From the NCBI GenBank assembly GCA_041649715.1, contig JBAZMP010000002.1, positions 132,964 to 196,963 on the forward strand: a stretch of 64,000 nt of DNA, given 5' to 3'. Shown in pieces: positions 40,295 through 50,354 of the stretch (its first letter is position 1; each line of letters starts with the position of its first letter). Below the pieces are notes generated by a model. It was not told the DNA's origin. It did not search any database and saw only the letters and a list, made by a program, of their open reading frames with translations. Origin of the DNA: Patescibacteria group bacterium. Its GTDB lineage: Bacteria > Patescibacteriota > Patescibacteriia > JAXHNJ01. Position numbers and translations under genes: made by a program.

Positions 40295-40399
40295 TTCGTT
40301 ATTCGAGACTCGAGATTCGGAATAGAGCCGAGTCACCAATCACAAATTTCGAATTCCGAAATTATAAATTATACTTTATAAATTATTAATTACAAAACT

Positions 40400-42037
40400 A
40401 TGGCTAAACAAATCTTATTTCGGGAAAAAGCGCGCGCCGCTTTGAAGAAAGGTGCGGATCAGCTGGCGGCCGCCGTGCGCGTGACCTTGGGTCCCAAGGG
40501 CCGCAACGCGGTGCTGGACAAAGGTTTCGGGGCGCCGACTATCACCAATGACGGCGTCACGATCGCTAAAGAAATCGAATTAGAGGATAAATTCGAAAAT
40601 ATGGGTGCGGAACTAATTAAGGAGGTCGCTTCCAAGACCAATGATGTCGCCGGTGACGGAACCACGACGGCCACTATACTCGCGGCCAGCATTATTCAGG
40701 AAGGTCTCAAGAATGTGGCGGCGGGAGCCAACCCTCTCGTAATCAAGCGCGGCATCGAAAAAGGCGTTATAACGATTGTCGAAGGTCTTAAAAATATTTC
40801 CAAACCGGTCAAGACCAACGAAGAAGTGGCTCAGGTCGCGTCCATCTCCGCTAACGATAAAACAATCGGCGAAATAATTGCCAAGGCTTATGAAAAAGTG
40901 AAAAAAGACGGAGTGATCACCGTGGAAGAATCTCAGTCTTTCGGTCTGGAGCTAGAAGTCGTGGAAGGCATGCAGTTTGACAAGGGTTATGTTTCACCCT
41001 ATATGATCACGGAAGCCGAACACATGAAGGCGGAATACGAGGATTGCCACATTTTGATTACCGATAAGAAAGTTTCCGCTTTATCGGAAATTCTGCCTCT
41101 TTTAGAAAAACTGGCTCAGGCCGGAAAGAAAGAATTAGTGATTATCGCTGACGAAATAGAGGGCGAGGCCTTGGCGACTTTTGTCGTGAACAAGCTGCGG
41201 GGCACGTTCAATGTCTTGGGTATTAAGGCCCCGGGTTTCGGCGATCGCCGGAAAGAAATGCTGGCCGATATTGCCATTTTGACTGGGGGTAAAATGATCA
41301 CCGAGGAAATGGGCTTGAAACTGGAAAATACGGAGATCGCCGATCTCGGCCAGGCCCATAAAGTCATCGCCACCAAAGAGAATACCACGATCGTTGAAGG
41401 CAAGGGCGATGAAAAAGTGATTAAAGACAGAATCGCCCAGATTAGAACCGAACTTAAAGATTCCACTTCAGAGTTTGATAAAGAAAAATTAGAGGAAAGA
41501 CTGGCCAAGCTGGCCGGGGGCGTTGCCGTCATTAAAGTCGGCGCGGCCACGGAAACGGAAATGAGAGAGAAAAAACACCGGGTGGAAGACGCCAAAGAAG
41601 CGACGAAAGCCGCCATGGAAGAAGGCATTGTCCCGGGTGGCGGTGTGGCCCTGATCAGGACCTTGCCTCTGCTGGAAGCTTTGGCTATTACCGATCCGGA
41701 AGAGAAGATCGGCCTTGATATTCTGAAAAAGGCGGTGGAAGAACCCCTCAAGCAGATCGCTACCAACGCCGGCAAAGAAGGTTCGGTGATTGTCGAAGAG
41801 GTGAAAAAATTAAAGGGCAATCAGGGTTATAATGCTGCTTTGGATAAATTCGAAGATTTGGTGGCGGCCGGTATTGTCGACCCCACCAAAGTGACCCGTT
41901 CGGCTTTGCAGAACGCGGCTTCTGTTTCGGCCATGCTTCTGACCACGGAAACGGCCATCACCGATAAACCGGAAGAGAAAGATAAAGGGATGGGTATGCC
42001 GGGCGGGATGCCCGGCGGCATGCCGATGGGGATGTAA
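40400..42037 (+). CDS. groEL: Chaperonin GroEL
   Basis: Equatorial domain with [10 protein letters not shown], and a C-terminal GGM-type tail. Confidence 0.95.
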   Translation: MAKQILFREKARAALKKGADQLAAAVRVTLGPKGRNAVLDKGFGAPTITNDGVTIAKEIELEDKFENMGAELIKEVASKTNDVAGDGTTTATILAASIIQEGLKNVAAGANPLVIKRGIEKGVITIVEGLKNISKPVKTNEEVAQVASISANDKTIGEIIAKAYEKVKKDGVITVEESQSFGLELEVVEGMQFDKGYVSPYMITEAEHMKAEYEDCHILITDKKVSALSEILPLLEKLAQAGKKELVIIADEIEGEALATFVVNKLRGTFNVLGIKAPGFGDRRKEMLADIAILTGGKMITEEMGLKLENTEIADLGQAHKVIATKENTTIVEGKGDEKVIKDRIAQIRTELKDSTSEFDKEKLEERLAKLAGGVAVIKVGAATETEMREKKHRVEDAKEATKAAMEEGIVPGGGVALIRTLPLLEALAITDPEEKIGLDILKKAVEEPLKQIATNAGKEGSVIVEEVKKLKGNQGYNAALDKFEDLVAAGIVDPTKVTRSALQNAASVSAMLLTTETAITDKPEEKDKGMGMPGGMPGGMPMGM

Positions 42038-42115
42038 ATAACTATTACTTCAAATACGGGGAGGTGGACCAATCAGTCTGCCTTCCTTTATATTTAAAGG
42101 TAATAAATTTCTTGT

Positions 42116-42646
42116 TTGTCAGAAACGGGGAAATTTACTATAATAAATCGTATGATAGAAGAGGGCGAAAAAGAAGGGCATGTCAGACCGCCAGAAGGGA
42201 TTTCCGGAGATTTGTTCGGTAAAACTATCGGGTTTTACTTCTCGCTTTTTAGATGGCCGGTTTTAGCCGCCCTGGTGATAGAGATTTTCTTGATTGTTTT
42301 TGATCAGAGGTTGATTTATATTTGGTTCGTGAATCTGATAATTTTTGTCTTTTTGGCCTTGTGGGGGAGAAAAATTAACCAGCTACGTTTGGGACAGATA
42401 TTATTCTTGGGCTTTAGCGCCGGATTGGTTTTGGGCCTGCTTGTGGCTATTTTTAAACTGATCTGGCTGCACAAATTTTACCTCTTTTTTAATCTTATGT
42501 TTGAGGCGGTTGTGACCGCCCTGGCCGGACTGCTTCTTTGCGGCGGGACTTATCTGTTGATGACGAAAGAGTATAAAAATCAAAATTCATTTTCAAAATA
42601 TCTTAAAAAAAACAAGAAAGGGGGTGGAGAAAATGGAAGAAAATAA
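42116..42646 (+). CDS. Hypothetical polytopic membrane protein
   Basis: Four hydrophobic helices. Confidence 0.4.
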   Translation: MSETGKFTIINRMIEEGEKEGHVRPPEGISGDLFGKTIGFYFSLFRWPVLAALVIEIFLIVFDQRLIYIWFVNLIIFVFLALWGRKINQLRLGQILFLGFSAGLVLGLLVAIFKLIWLHKFYLFFNLMFEAVVTALAGLLLCGGTYLLMTKEYKNQNSFSKYLKKNKKGGGENGRK

Positions 42647-42941
42647 ACCGATAATGGGCGACACCCAGGAGAACAAATTACTGGCGGCCATTTCTTATCT
42701 TTGGATTGTAAGCATCATAATGCTTTTGATCAAGAAAGACAGCAAATTGGTCCAGTTTCACGCGAAACAAGGCTTAGTTTTATTCATTGTTTCGATCGTA
42801 TTGTGGTTTATTCCGGTAATCGGCTGGATCTTGAATCTCTTGGTGGTGGTGGCGATTGTCATCGGGTTCATCAAAGCCTTGTCCGGCGAGTACTATAAGA
42901 TACCCGCTGTTTCTATTATCGCCGAAAAAATAAACTTCTAG
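42624..42941 (+). CDS. Small membrane protein (DUF4870-like)
   Basis: AAGGGGGTGGAG Shine-Dalgarno and two TM helices. Confidence 0.45.
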   Translation: MEKMEENKPIMGDTQENKLLAAISYLWIVSIIMLLIKKDSKLVQFHAKQGLVLFIVSIVLWFIPVIGWILNLLVVVAIVIGFIKALSGEYYKIPAVSIIAEKINF

Positions 42942-43262
42942 TTTATTGTATATAATTCGGTACTCTTCTTTTTTTCAAGAGGAGTACTCATATTGTATGT
43001 CAATTACTAGTTGTGGTTTTAGGTGGTAGGGCGTGGCGGCTAGTATGGTTGTAGGGCAGGGTCATAGGTCATTTAATAGTCCGAAGCACAAAGCTCAAAA
43101 CTCAAAGCACAAAACAAATCTAAATATATAAATCCAAAATTCAAAAAGTCGGCCGGGTTTAGATATTTGAATTTTGAACAATTAATATTATTTTGGATTT
43201 TGGGCTTTGCGCTTTGAATTTCAAATGCCGAATATAAATATAAATAAGAGAAATAAACTTAT

Positions 43263-45686
43263 ATGTCTAAAAAGAAAAGTACGGCAAAAAAAGCTAAGAA
43301 GACAATCATGTGGTTTTCCCAGATCAGGAATACCGACGTGCCATTGGTCGGCGGCAAAAACGCCTCTTTGGGCGAGATGTATTCGACTCTGACCAAAAAA
43401 GGCATCCTGGTGCCTAATGGTTTTGCCATCACGGCAAATGCCTACCGGGATTTTTTAGAAAAAGGCGGTATAAAAAAAGAGATTAAAAAGATTCTCTCCG
43501 ATTTAAATACGCACAATATCAAGAATCTGCAGGCTAGAGGAAAAGCCGCGCGGGAATTAATGATAAAAACTGATTTTCCCAAAGATTTGGACGAAAAGAT
43601 TGCGGCGGCTTACCATAAAATGGAAGAAGAGTATGGCCAAAACGTGGATGTGGCCGTAAGGTCAAGCGCCACTGCCGAAGATTTGCCAGACGCTTCTTTC
43701 GCCGGCCAGCAGGAAACTTACCTCAATATCAGGGGTAAAGAGGAACTGCTTAAGGCCTGTAAAAAATGTTTTGCTTCGCTTTTCACTAATCGGGCGATTT
43801 CCTACCGTCAGGATAAAAAATTTGATCATTTTAAAATCGCCTTATCCATCGGCGTTCAGAAAATGGTCCGCTCGGACAAGGCTTCCTCGGGCGTGATTTT
43901 CACCATAGATACGGAAACCGGTTTTGATAATGTCGTCTTAGTCAGCGGCATCTGGGGCCTGGGAGAGAATATTGTCCAGGGCAATGTTAACCCGGATCAA
44001 TGGTATGTTTTTAAGCCTACTTTGCAGAAGGGTTATAAATCGATTATTTTCCGCAGTTGCGGCACGAAGGCGATAAAAATGGTATACACGGGTGACAAAG
44101 GCCGACCGACCCGGAATATTTCAGTGGAGGACAAGAATCGGCACGTCTTTGTTTTAAATGACAAAGAGGTTTTGGATTTGGCTCGCTGGGCGGTGGTGAT
44201 TGAAAAACATTACGGCAAGCCGATGGATATTGAATGGGCCAAGGACGGTTTTAATAACAAATTATATATTGTTCAGGCCCGGCCGGAAACAGTGGTCTCA
44301 AGGAAGGACCTATCCGTTTTGGAAGAATATGTCATTGAAAAGAAGGGCCGGAAGTTGTTAATCGGTTCGCCGGTCGGGGCGAAAATCGGCGCCGGCAAAG
44401 TGCATATAATAAAAGATCCGCGTCAGATCGGCCAATTCAAGAAAAACGAAGTTTTGGTTACGGATATGACTGATCCTGACTGGGAGCCCATCATGAAAAT
44501 AGCCTCGGCTATTGTTACCGACCGCGGCGGCCGGACCTGCCATGCGGCTATTGTCAGCCGGGAACTCGGAATTCCTTGCATTGTCGGGACGGGGAACGCG
44601 ACCCGGAAACTGAAAAACGGCCAGACCGTGACTGTTTCCTGCGCCGAAGGAGAAAAGGGCTTTGTTTATGAAGGCAGGGCCAAATATCGATTGAAAAAGA
44701 CCAGCTTGAAGACGATTGAACGGCCGAAAACCAAGATCATGATGAATATCGGCAGTCCGGATATTGCGTTCGCCAATTCATTCATTCCCAATGACGGCGT
44801 CGGTTTAGCCCGGGAAGAATTCATTATCAATGATTTCATCCAGATTCATCCGCTGGCGCTGATCAATTTTGAAAAACTAAAAGATGAAAAAGTAAAGAAA
44901 CAAATTGAAGAGATTACCATCGGTTATCATAATAAGATCCAGTTTTTTGTCGACATGCTCGCTTCGGGCGTGGCCATGATCGGCGCCGCCTTTTATCCAA
45001 AGGACGTGATCGTCCGCCTCTCGGATTTTAAAAGTAATGAATACGCCAATCTCATCGGCGGCAAACAATTTGAACCGGTTGAGCCGAATCCAATGATCGG
45101 CTGGCGGGGGGCAAGCCGCTATTACGATCCGAAATTTAAAGCCGCTTTTGCCCTGGAATGCCAAGCCATCAAAAAAGTGCGCGACGTAATGGGCCTGAAT
45201 AACGTGAAGGTGATGATTCCTTTTTGCCGGACGCCGGAAGAGGGAAAAAGAGTTCTGAATGAGATGGAAGTGAACGGCTTGAGAAAAGGCGAGAACGGAC
45301 TTGAGGTTTACGTGATGTGCGAAATTCCCTCCAACGTGATATTGGCCGAGCAATTCGCCGAGATATTTGACGGATTTTCCATTGGTTCCAATGATCTGAC
45401 CCAATTGACCTTGGGCTTGGACCGTGATTCCGAGCTAGTCTCGCATGTCTATGACGAAAGAAATCCGGCCGTGTTAAAGCTGGTTTCTCAGGTGATCAAA
45501 GTCTGCCGGGAAAAAGGGCGGAAAATCGGTATCTGCGGTCAGGCTCCATCGGATTACCCGGAATTCGCCCGATTTCTGGTGGAACAGAAAATTGATTCTA
45601 TTTCCTTAAATCCCGATACCGTTATCAAAACCACCTTGGATCTTCTGAAAACAGAGAAAAGGTTGCGGCGCCATAAGAAAGGATAG
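43263..45686 (+). CDS. ppsA: Phosphoenolpyruvate synthase (pyruvate, water dikinase)
   Basis: ATP-grasp N-domain, phospho-histidine swivel domain (GGRTCHAAIVSRELGIPCIVG) and a PEP-utilising C-domain. Confidence 0.9.
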   Translation: MSKKKSTAKKAKKTIMWFSQIRNTDVPLVGGKNASLGEMYSTLTKKGILVPNGFAITANAYRDFLEKGGIKKEIKKILSDLNTHNIKNLQARGKAARELMIKTDFPKDLDEKIAAAYHKMEEEYGQNVDVAVRSSATAEDLPDASFAGQQETYLNIRGKEELLKACKKCFASLFTNRAISYRQDKKFDHFKIALSIGVQKMVRSDKASSGVIFTIDTETGFDNVVLVSGIWGLGENIVQGNVNPDQWYVFKPTLQKGYKSIIFRSCGTKAIKMVYTGDKGRPTRNISVEDKNRHVFVLNDKEVLDLARWAVVIEKHYGKPMDIEWAKDGFNNKLYIVQARPETVVSRKDLSVLEEYVIEKKGRKLLIGSPVGAKIGAGKVHIIKDPRQIGQFKKNEVLVTDMTDPDWEPIMKIASAIVTDRGGRTCHAAIVSRELGIPCIVGTGNATRKLKNGQTVTVSCAEGEKGFVYEGRAKYRLKKTSLKTIERPKTKIMMNIGSPDIAFANSFIPNDGVGLAREEFIINDFIQIHPLALINFEKLKDEKVKKQIEEITIGYHNKIQFFVDMLASGVAMIGAAFYPKDVIVRLSDFKSNEYANLIGGKQFEPVEPNPMIGWRGASRYYDPKFKAAFALECQAIKKVRDVMGLNNVKVMIPFCRTPEEGKRVLNEMEVNGLRKGENGLEVYVMCEIPSNVILAEQFAEIFDGFSIGSNDLTQLTLGLDRDSELVSHVYDERNPAVLKLVSQVIKVCREKGRKIGICGQAPSDYPEFARFLVEQKIDSISLNPDTVIKTTLDLLKTEKRLRRHKKG

Positions 45687-45764
45687 GGAGACTCCATCTT
45701 GACCCCGTTAGAAATGATGGGGCGAGAATATATATTTTTGTATATCATTATTACAAAAAGGGTT

Positions 45765-45797
45765 GACAATTATTTTTGTTTAGATTATAAATAAGAA
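45765..45797 (+). promoter_or_regulatory. Putative promoter (TTGACA, 17-nt spacer, TATAAA)
   Basis: Consensus-like hexamers. Confidence 0.35.
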
Positions 45798-45898
45798 TTG
45801 TTCTTTTCACGGTCGAAAAGGAAAGGAGGCGCTGATTTCAAAGATTAATCTGGTCCAAATCGAAGAGCCAAGGTGCTTTTTAAATCAAGGAGGAAAAC

Positions 45899-46247
45899 CT
45901 TGAGGGGACGCGGTTCGTTCAATCCCAAGAACGCCAAGCTGGACGGTAAGGGTCTGCCCATGCCGACCAAAGTGTCTTCCACCGAAGAATTTCTCGCCCT
46001 GATGGGTATCCGCACGAAAGGACCGGCCCACCGGCTGGTCGAACACGTCAAAGATCCGTGTGAAATCGATGAGGCCTATTGCCAGGAAGGAAAAAAGCTT
46101 TTTAGCACGACCGTGAATTTGTTTCATGAAGCCTGCGGTTGTCCGAAAAAAGCCGCCGAAGCGGCCCGCCGGCTGGTCCGCGTGGCCACCAACGATATGC
46201 CCGTAAGACGCGGCGTCTGGAGCAATATCGTCGGCCGGCCCGGCTGA
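45899..46247 (+). CDS. Hypothetical Cys-motif protein (~116 aa) from a TTG start
   Basis: AGGAGG Shine-Dalgarno 7 nt upstream of a TTG; a C...C...CGC pattern; GC-rich. Confidence 0.35.
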
Positions 46248-46274
46248 CAAGAATTTCAAAATTAGATCTTCGGT

Positions 46275-46305
46275 AAACCCCGTTTCCAGTGGGAACGGGG
46301 TTTTC
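46275..46305 (+). terminator. Rho-independent terminator (aaaccccgtttcc...ggaacggggtttt)
   Basis: Perfect 12-bp stem. Confidence 0.6.
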
Positions 46306-46384
46306 TTTTAGCCAAAAATATGTTATGGTATAATGCACTTGCAGAATGGAAAAATGAAGGTGGGCAGAGCGGAGGGTTCGCATA

Positions 46385-46475
46385 TCACCGCAAAGCGGGA
46401 CCCCCCCGCAATGCGGGGTGGGTGGTCTAGTGCGCTTGCTTGTCCCGCAAAGCGGGATGCCGCTCTGCGGCAGAG
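46385..46475 (+). repeat. tRNA-Ser 5'-portion fragment (D-arm to anticodon-stem 5' side) embedded in three copies of a cccgcaa(a/t)gcggg mini-hairpin plus a gccgctctgcggc hairpin
   Basis: ggtggtctagtgcgcttgcttg at 46420-46442 duplicates 46570-46591 of the intact tRNA-Ser. Confidence 0.6.
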
Positions 46476-46557
46476 AGCCGGAAAATAAGCATATGTATTC
46501 TGTCTGCATATAAAAGTTATAAAGGCGGTTTGCAATTTAATAAGTAGCGGAAAGAAC

Positions 46558-46644
46558 GGAGAGGTCGCATAGTGGTCTAGTGCGCTTGCTTGGAGAGCAA
46601 GTAGACCTTCACCGGTCTCGCGAGTTCAAATCTCGCCCTCTCCG
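46558..46644 (+). tRNA. tRNA-Ser (anticodon GGA), type II
   Basis: Acceptor ggagagg/cctctcc, anticodon stem cttgc/gcaag with loop ttGGAga, long variable arm, T-arm gcgag-ttcaaat-ctcgc. No CCA encoded. Confidence 0.85.
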
Positions 46645-46752
46645 TTCTTCCCGCTACAATCTTGCCCTCTCCGCCAATTATTTTAAATAAAAAAATCGCA
46701 AAAGTCTTGCATTTTTCTGGCGGGTGTTTGTTAAGATAAATTAAGTCGCAAT

Positions 46753-47910
46753 TTGATTGGTATGAATTTCTATGACCTTAGGAATAAAATAGGCCGCTAT
46801 AAAAAATTTTCCCTTGTTACGACACTAGAAAAAAGCTCTGTAGTAAACGAAGCCTATCCGGGCCAATTTAATCTTAGCTTCACTGAATCAAAATGGCTGG
46901 ATAAATTTGACAATTATATAGATGTAAATGAAGATTTTTTCTTTAGTACCATACAGCCCGTTATTAGATACAACGACTTCAAAAATCAAATCTTAACAAA
47001 TAAGACTGCGCACAAACATCTAGCGTTATTTGATATGGCAGATTTGGTCGGAGCAGGAGTTTTTGTTGATAAGAATTCGGGCAATAACTTTACAATACTT
47101 GAGATTCAAGAATTTATTAAATTATTTTTGGAGCTAAAAATTTCTCTCGACAGAGTATATGTTAGTAGCTTTGCCGGCGCGAAAGTAAATGAGGCTACAA
47201 GAGGGAAATATAAATTTGAAAAATTTATACCACCATTTGAATTCGGAAGAAATCAGTGGGTGAAAAACGGGATACCTTCAAAAAATATTATTCCCGATAA
47301 GTCTCGTGACACATTTCTAGCTCTTAATCTTTATGGAAGACCAACGCCCTGGGGTTATCGCAACGAAATTTATATTAAATCTTCCGCCGGCGAATTAATT
47401 GATATCGCTACGTTAGAACATTTAATTTGGTGCCCCGTTTTTAAAGACGGCGAGATTATTGATTTAGTTGACTATGAACATTTCGTAGGTTTGAATGTTA
47501 TTGGAGTCGAAAGGTTATGCATGATCATTAATGATTTCACTAATATTTCTCAATGTGAACATATTTATCCTCTAATCTTAGCGATTAAAAAAGTTTCATT
47601 AAATTACAATTACCATTCGGCTTTTACCGTTGTCGAGAGTGTGCGGGCGGTACATAGGATTATTGCGGATATCGACAAACCAAGCAATCTGTCAAAAACG
47701 CGTCATACAAAATTTAATGATTATTTAGAGGCTTTATACATTCATTTGAATATGCTTAAAATATCAGATAAGATGGGTGTGTTAGAGAAAATATTTGAAT
47801 TAAATGCGAAAATCAATCCGCATTATCCGGAATTACAAAGTGCGGCTAACAATGCTAAAAAAACAGTAGAAGCATATTTTGAGGTAAGATTTAAAAATAG
47901 GGATTGTTAA
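46753..47910 (+). CDS. Stand-alone, diverged paralogue of the alanyl-tRNA-synthetase catalytic core (class II aaRS, AlaRS N-domain only); AT-rich
   Basis: Colinear blocks matching the E. coli AlaRS N-domain from memory: TIQPVIR ~ SQRCVRA; KTAHKHLALFDMADLVGAG ~ TARHHTFFEMLGNFSFG; DRVYVSSF ~ ERLWVTVY; GIPSKNIIP ~ GIPRERIIR; VIGVERL ~ GMGLERI; RAVHRIIADIDKPSN ~ RACAFLIADGVMPSN. The gene stops before the tRNA-recognition, editing and C-Ala domains. Confidence 0.55.
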   Translation: MIGMNFYDLRNKIGRYKKFSLVTTLEKSSVVNEAYPGQFNLSFTESKWLDKFDNYIDVNEDFFFSTIQPVIRYNDFKNQILTNKTAHKHLALFDMADLVGAGVFVDKNSGNNFTILEIQEFIKLFLELKISLDRVYVSSFAGAKVNEATRGKYKFEKFIPPFEFGRNQWVKNGIPSKNIIPDKSRDTFLALNLYGRPTPWGYRNEIYIKSSAGELIDIATLEHLIWCPVFKDGEIIDLVDYEHFVGLNVIGVERLCMIINDFTNISQCEHIYPLILAIKKVSLNYNYHSAFTVVESVRAVHRIIADIDKPSNLSKTRHTKFNDYLEALYIHLNMLKISDKMGVLEKIFELNAKINPHYPELQSAANNAKKTVEAYFEVRFKNRDC

Positions 47911-47942
47911 AGAAAAACTTAAAATAATACTAATAATATTCC

Positions 47943-49106
47943 ATGAGACAAGAATTTGAAACAGATTTAAGAGATTTCGGCCAGGTGGCCAAAGAAGAGT
48001 TAAATACGGAAGAAAAACTTTCAGGGGGCAACTTCGAGAGTTTGTCTGCCGTTTCACGCCAGGATGAAGCGGCCAAAAGGCAGCATACCTCCCGCGAAAC
48101 GCAGCGTGAGATTTATGATATCCAAAAAGAAAAGCAAAAGATAATGCAGGCCTTAAAGGAACAACTGGCATGTCTGGACAACCCTGAGGGCAGACTGGAG
48201 CGGGAAAGAGGCGAACGGACGGTTTCTTTTGACGAAGCAGAGGGTGTTTTCGTTTATCAAGATGACCGGGGCCGCCGGCAAAAAGCGACTTTCGGGGAAA
48301 TCATGACCGACATGGATTGGAATGTTCTTTACCACCTGGATAAAGATTCAGCGCCGCGGCCCATGGTAAAGAAATACCTGGTGGAAAGAGCCAAGGCAAA
48401 ATTGTCGGCTCTGCTGGATCTGCAGATCATCAAAAGCGAGTCCGGAAGCAGTGTGGTCCACGAAAAAAAACAACAGGCTTACCGCCGCATTGAAATGGAC
48501 AGACAAAGCGGGGCGGTCAAGGAAAGCTGGGGCTTGGTTTCCGAGTTGATCGTCAAGGACTTTTTAAAAAAATTGAGCCTGGACAAGGATTTCCCTTTCA
48601 AGATCAAGGAAGCGGATGTTTTTCAGGACGTGGAGGAAAAAATCGATTTCATCATCCACCTAGAGAAGAAAAAACGGGGCGTTAACGTGGAGACCGACGA
48701 AAAAGCCAAGGATATCGGCATCCAGTTCACCGTTTCCCCGGAGGTGGCGCCGCACAAGGAGCAACAGCTGCAAAAAGCCAGGCAGGATGTCAAAAAGCAA
48801 GGAGAACGCATTGACGATATCGTCTTGGTCGTCTTTCCCCTGAAAATGGCCAGCGCCTTGCAGCGGCAATGGCGGCACGAGGGCCGCCCGGCCGGCGGGC
48901 CGGATAAATTTTTGTACCGGCAGGAGGCAGAAAAGCTCTTCAAGGAATTGCTGCAGGGCGTGCTTAAACCCGAGGAAATTGCCCAATATTGGGCGACTGT
49001 CCAGAACAATTGGGAAGAAGACCCGCAAATTATCGAGGAAAGAAAAACGCAGCGGGCCAGACACCAAATGAGTCAGCAAGCCTTAAAAAATAAAAATCAG
49101 CAGTGA
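47943..49106 (+). CDS. Hypothetical charged / coiled-coil protein (387 aa)
   Basis: No recognisable motif; Glu/Lys/Arg-rich. Confidence 0.35.
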   Translation: MRQEFETDLRDFGQVAKEELNTEEKLSGGNFESLSAVSRQDEAAKRQHTSRETQREIYDIQKEKQKIMQALKEQLACLDNPEGRLERERGERTVSFDEAEGVFVYQDDRGRRQKATFGEIMTDMDWNVLYHLDKDSAPRPMVKKYLVERAKAKLSALLDLQIIKSESGSSVVHEKKQQAYRRIEMDRQSGAVKESWGLVSELIVKDFLKKLSLDKDFPFKIKEADVFQDVEEKIDFIIHLEKKKRGVNVETDEKAKDIGIQFTVSPEVAPHKEQQLQKARQDVKKQGERIDDIVLVVFPLKMASALQRQWRHEGRPAGGPDKFLYRQEAEKLFKELLQGVLKPEEIAQYWATVQNNWEEDPQIIEERKTQRARHQMSQQALKNKNQQ

Positions 49107-49139
49107 TTAGAGTGTTTAGAGAATTGAGGTATTGAAAAT

Positions 49140-49496
49140 ATGAAAACCACCCTTAAAATTTTATACGGCCTGCTTTTTCTTTTAACCGCTTTCTGGCTGG
49201 CGGCGGGTTTTTACATGTTATTTAAAGAGGTAAAGGCGGAAATTTTCTGGCCGGCAAAAATCATCGCGATTCTCATGATCGGCAATGCTTTTATTTTCTT
49301 GGTTTTGGCCTGGGGAGTTTGGAAAAAGAAAAAATGGCTTTTCTATCCCGGTCTGATCTATCTGGCGATAAACGTCATTTTAAGCATAGCTGACCAGCTG
49401 GGATTCTGGGATTTTGTCGGCCTTGGTATCAGCCTGATAACTTTAATTTTTTTCTACAAAGCAAAAGCGGTTTTCAAAGAAACAAAGCCGGCCTGA
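49140..49496 (+). CDS. Hypothetical 4-TM membrane protein
   Basis: Hydropathy pattern. Confidence 0.4.
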   Translation: MKTTLKILYGLLFLLTAFWLAAGFYMLFKEVKAEIFWPAKIIAILMIGNAFIFLVLAWGVWKKKKWLFYPGLIYLAINVILSIADQLGFWDFVGLGISLITLIFFYKAKAVFKETKPA

Positions 49497-49599
49497 CTTG
49501 GACAAAACAGGAGAAATATGTCGCAATATGAGCCGAGCGTGGCTTTTTTTGCAAATATTGCTATAATATTAGGGCCTATTTGTCTGATAATATATTAAG

Positions 49600-49899
49600 A
49601 TGCCTAGCCCAGAAGAAAATAAATTTCAAGAAACAGAAGAGGATAATTTGGAATTAAAGCAATACAGGGAGTTTGATTTGGAATCTTTGCGACAAATGCA
49701 GGGTCGTTTAATGGTCAAGATAGAAGAAACAAGAGCACTTATAGCGGACAAGCAGCAGGAGATTAAGATAAAAGAAGAGCAAAAAGATGATGATGGTGTT
49801 TATGTCTGCGGATTGGAGTTAAGGCAAAAAGAGACGGTTCTCGGGGGCCTTGAGGAGAATTTAAAAATGTTGAATATGGCAATAGAAGAAAAAATATAA
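49600..49899 (+). CDS. Hypothetical coiled-coil protein (99 aa); AT-rich
   Basis: An extended -10 (TGcTATAAT) at about 49551. Confidence 0.3.
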   Translation: MPSPEENKFQETEEDNLELKQYREFDLESLRQMQGRLMVKIEETRALIADKQQEIKIKEEQKDDDGVYVCGLELRQKETVLGGLEENLKMLNMAIEEKI

Positions 49900-49917
49900 A
49901 TCATAACTAATAAAACT

Positions 49918-50250
49918 ATGCCCAGAGAACACGAAGGGGAAAATCCCGAAGAATCGTTTAGCGAAACAGACAGAGAAAATGAAAAAGAAATATCAGTCAC
50001 ATTATCTCGGGAATCGACATTTGCCGACCTGTACAGATTGATGGAAAATCATGAAAATAGTGAAGAATTGAAGGATTTGTTTGATCAGGAATTAATCGAT
50101 AATTTCGGCCAAGAAATAGTTGATGAAGTTATGGCTTTTGAAGAATCTGCTAACCCTGAAGCGGCCAAAACAAAAGTAATTGATTTCTTCGTGGAGCGCG
50201 GTTATGAAAAAGGGGATATTATTGCTTATTTGCCCGTTGAATTTAAGTAA
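49918..50250 (+). CDS. Hypothetical acidic protein (110 aa)
   Basis: Glu/Asp-rich sequence with no recognisable motif. Confidence 0.3.
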   Translation: MPREHEGENPEESFSETDRENEKEISVTLSRESTFADLYRLMENHENSEELKDLFDQELIDNFGQEIVDEVMAFEESANPEAAKTKVIDFFVERGYEKGDIIAYLPVEFK

Positions 50251-50258
50251 TACAAAAC

Positions 50259-50318
50259 GTCACCTCGAGGTATCCTTCGACGCGGCTCAGGGCTCAGCCT
50301 GACAATATGGACTAAGCC
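50259..50318. repeat. Half-copy (right arm) of the MITE-like inverted-repeat element
   Basis: Matches the right arms of the copies at 50808, 51904 and 52559. Confidence 0.5.
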
Positions 50319-50354
50319 TTTTTTTGCCCGGGGTTTGGGGGGGAACAAAAAGCT

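Noticed and set aside
41116-41820. 234-aa antisense ORF inside groEL
   Set aside because: Classic long antisense frame within a highly expressed, codon-biased gene.
46102-46535. Minus-strand ORFs of 135 and 70 aa across the tRNA-Ser upstream hairpin region
   Set aside because: The region is built of GC hairpins and a tRNA fragment, and the frames are Arg/Cys/Pro-rich artefacts.
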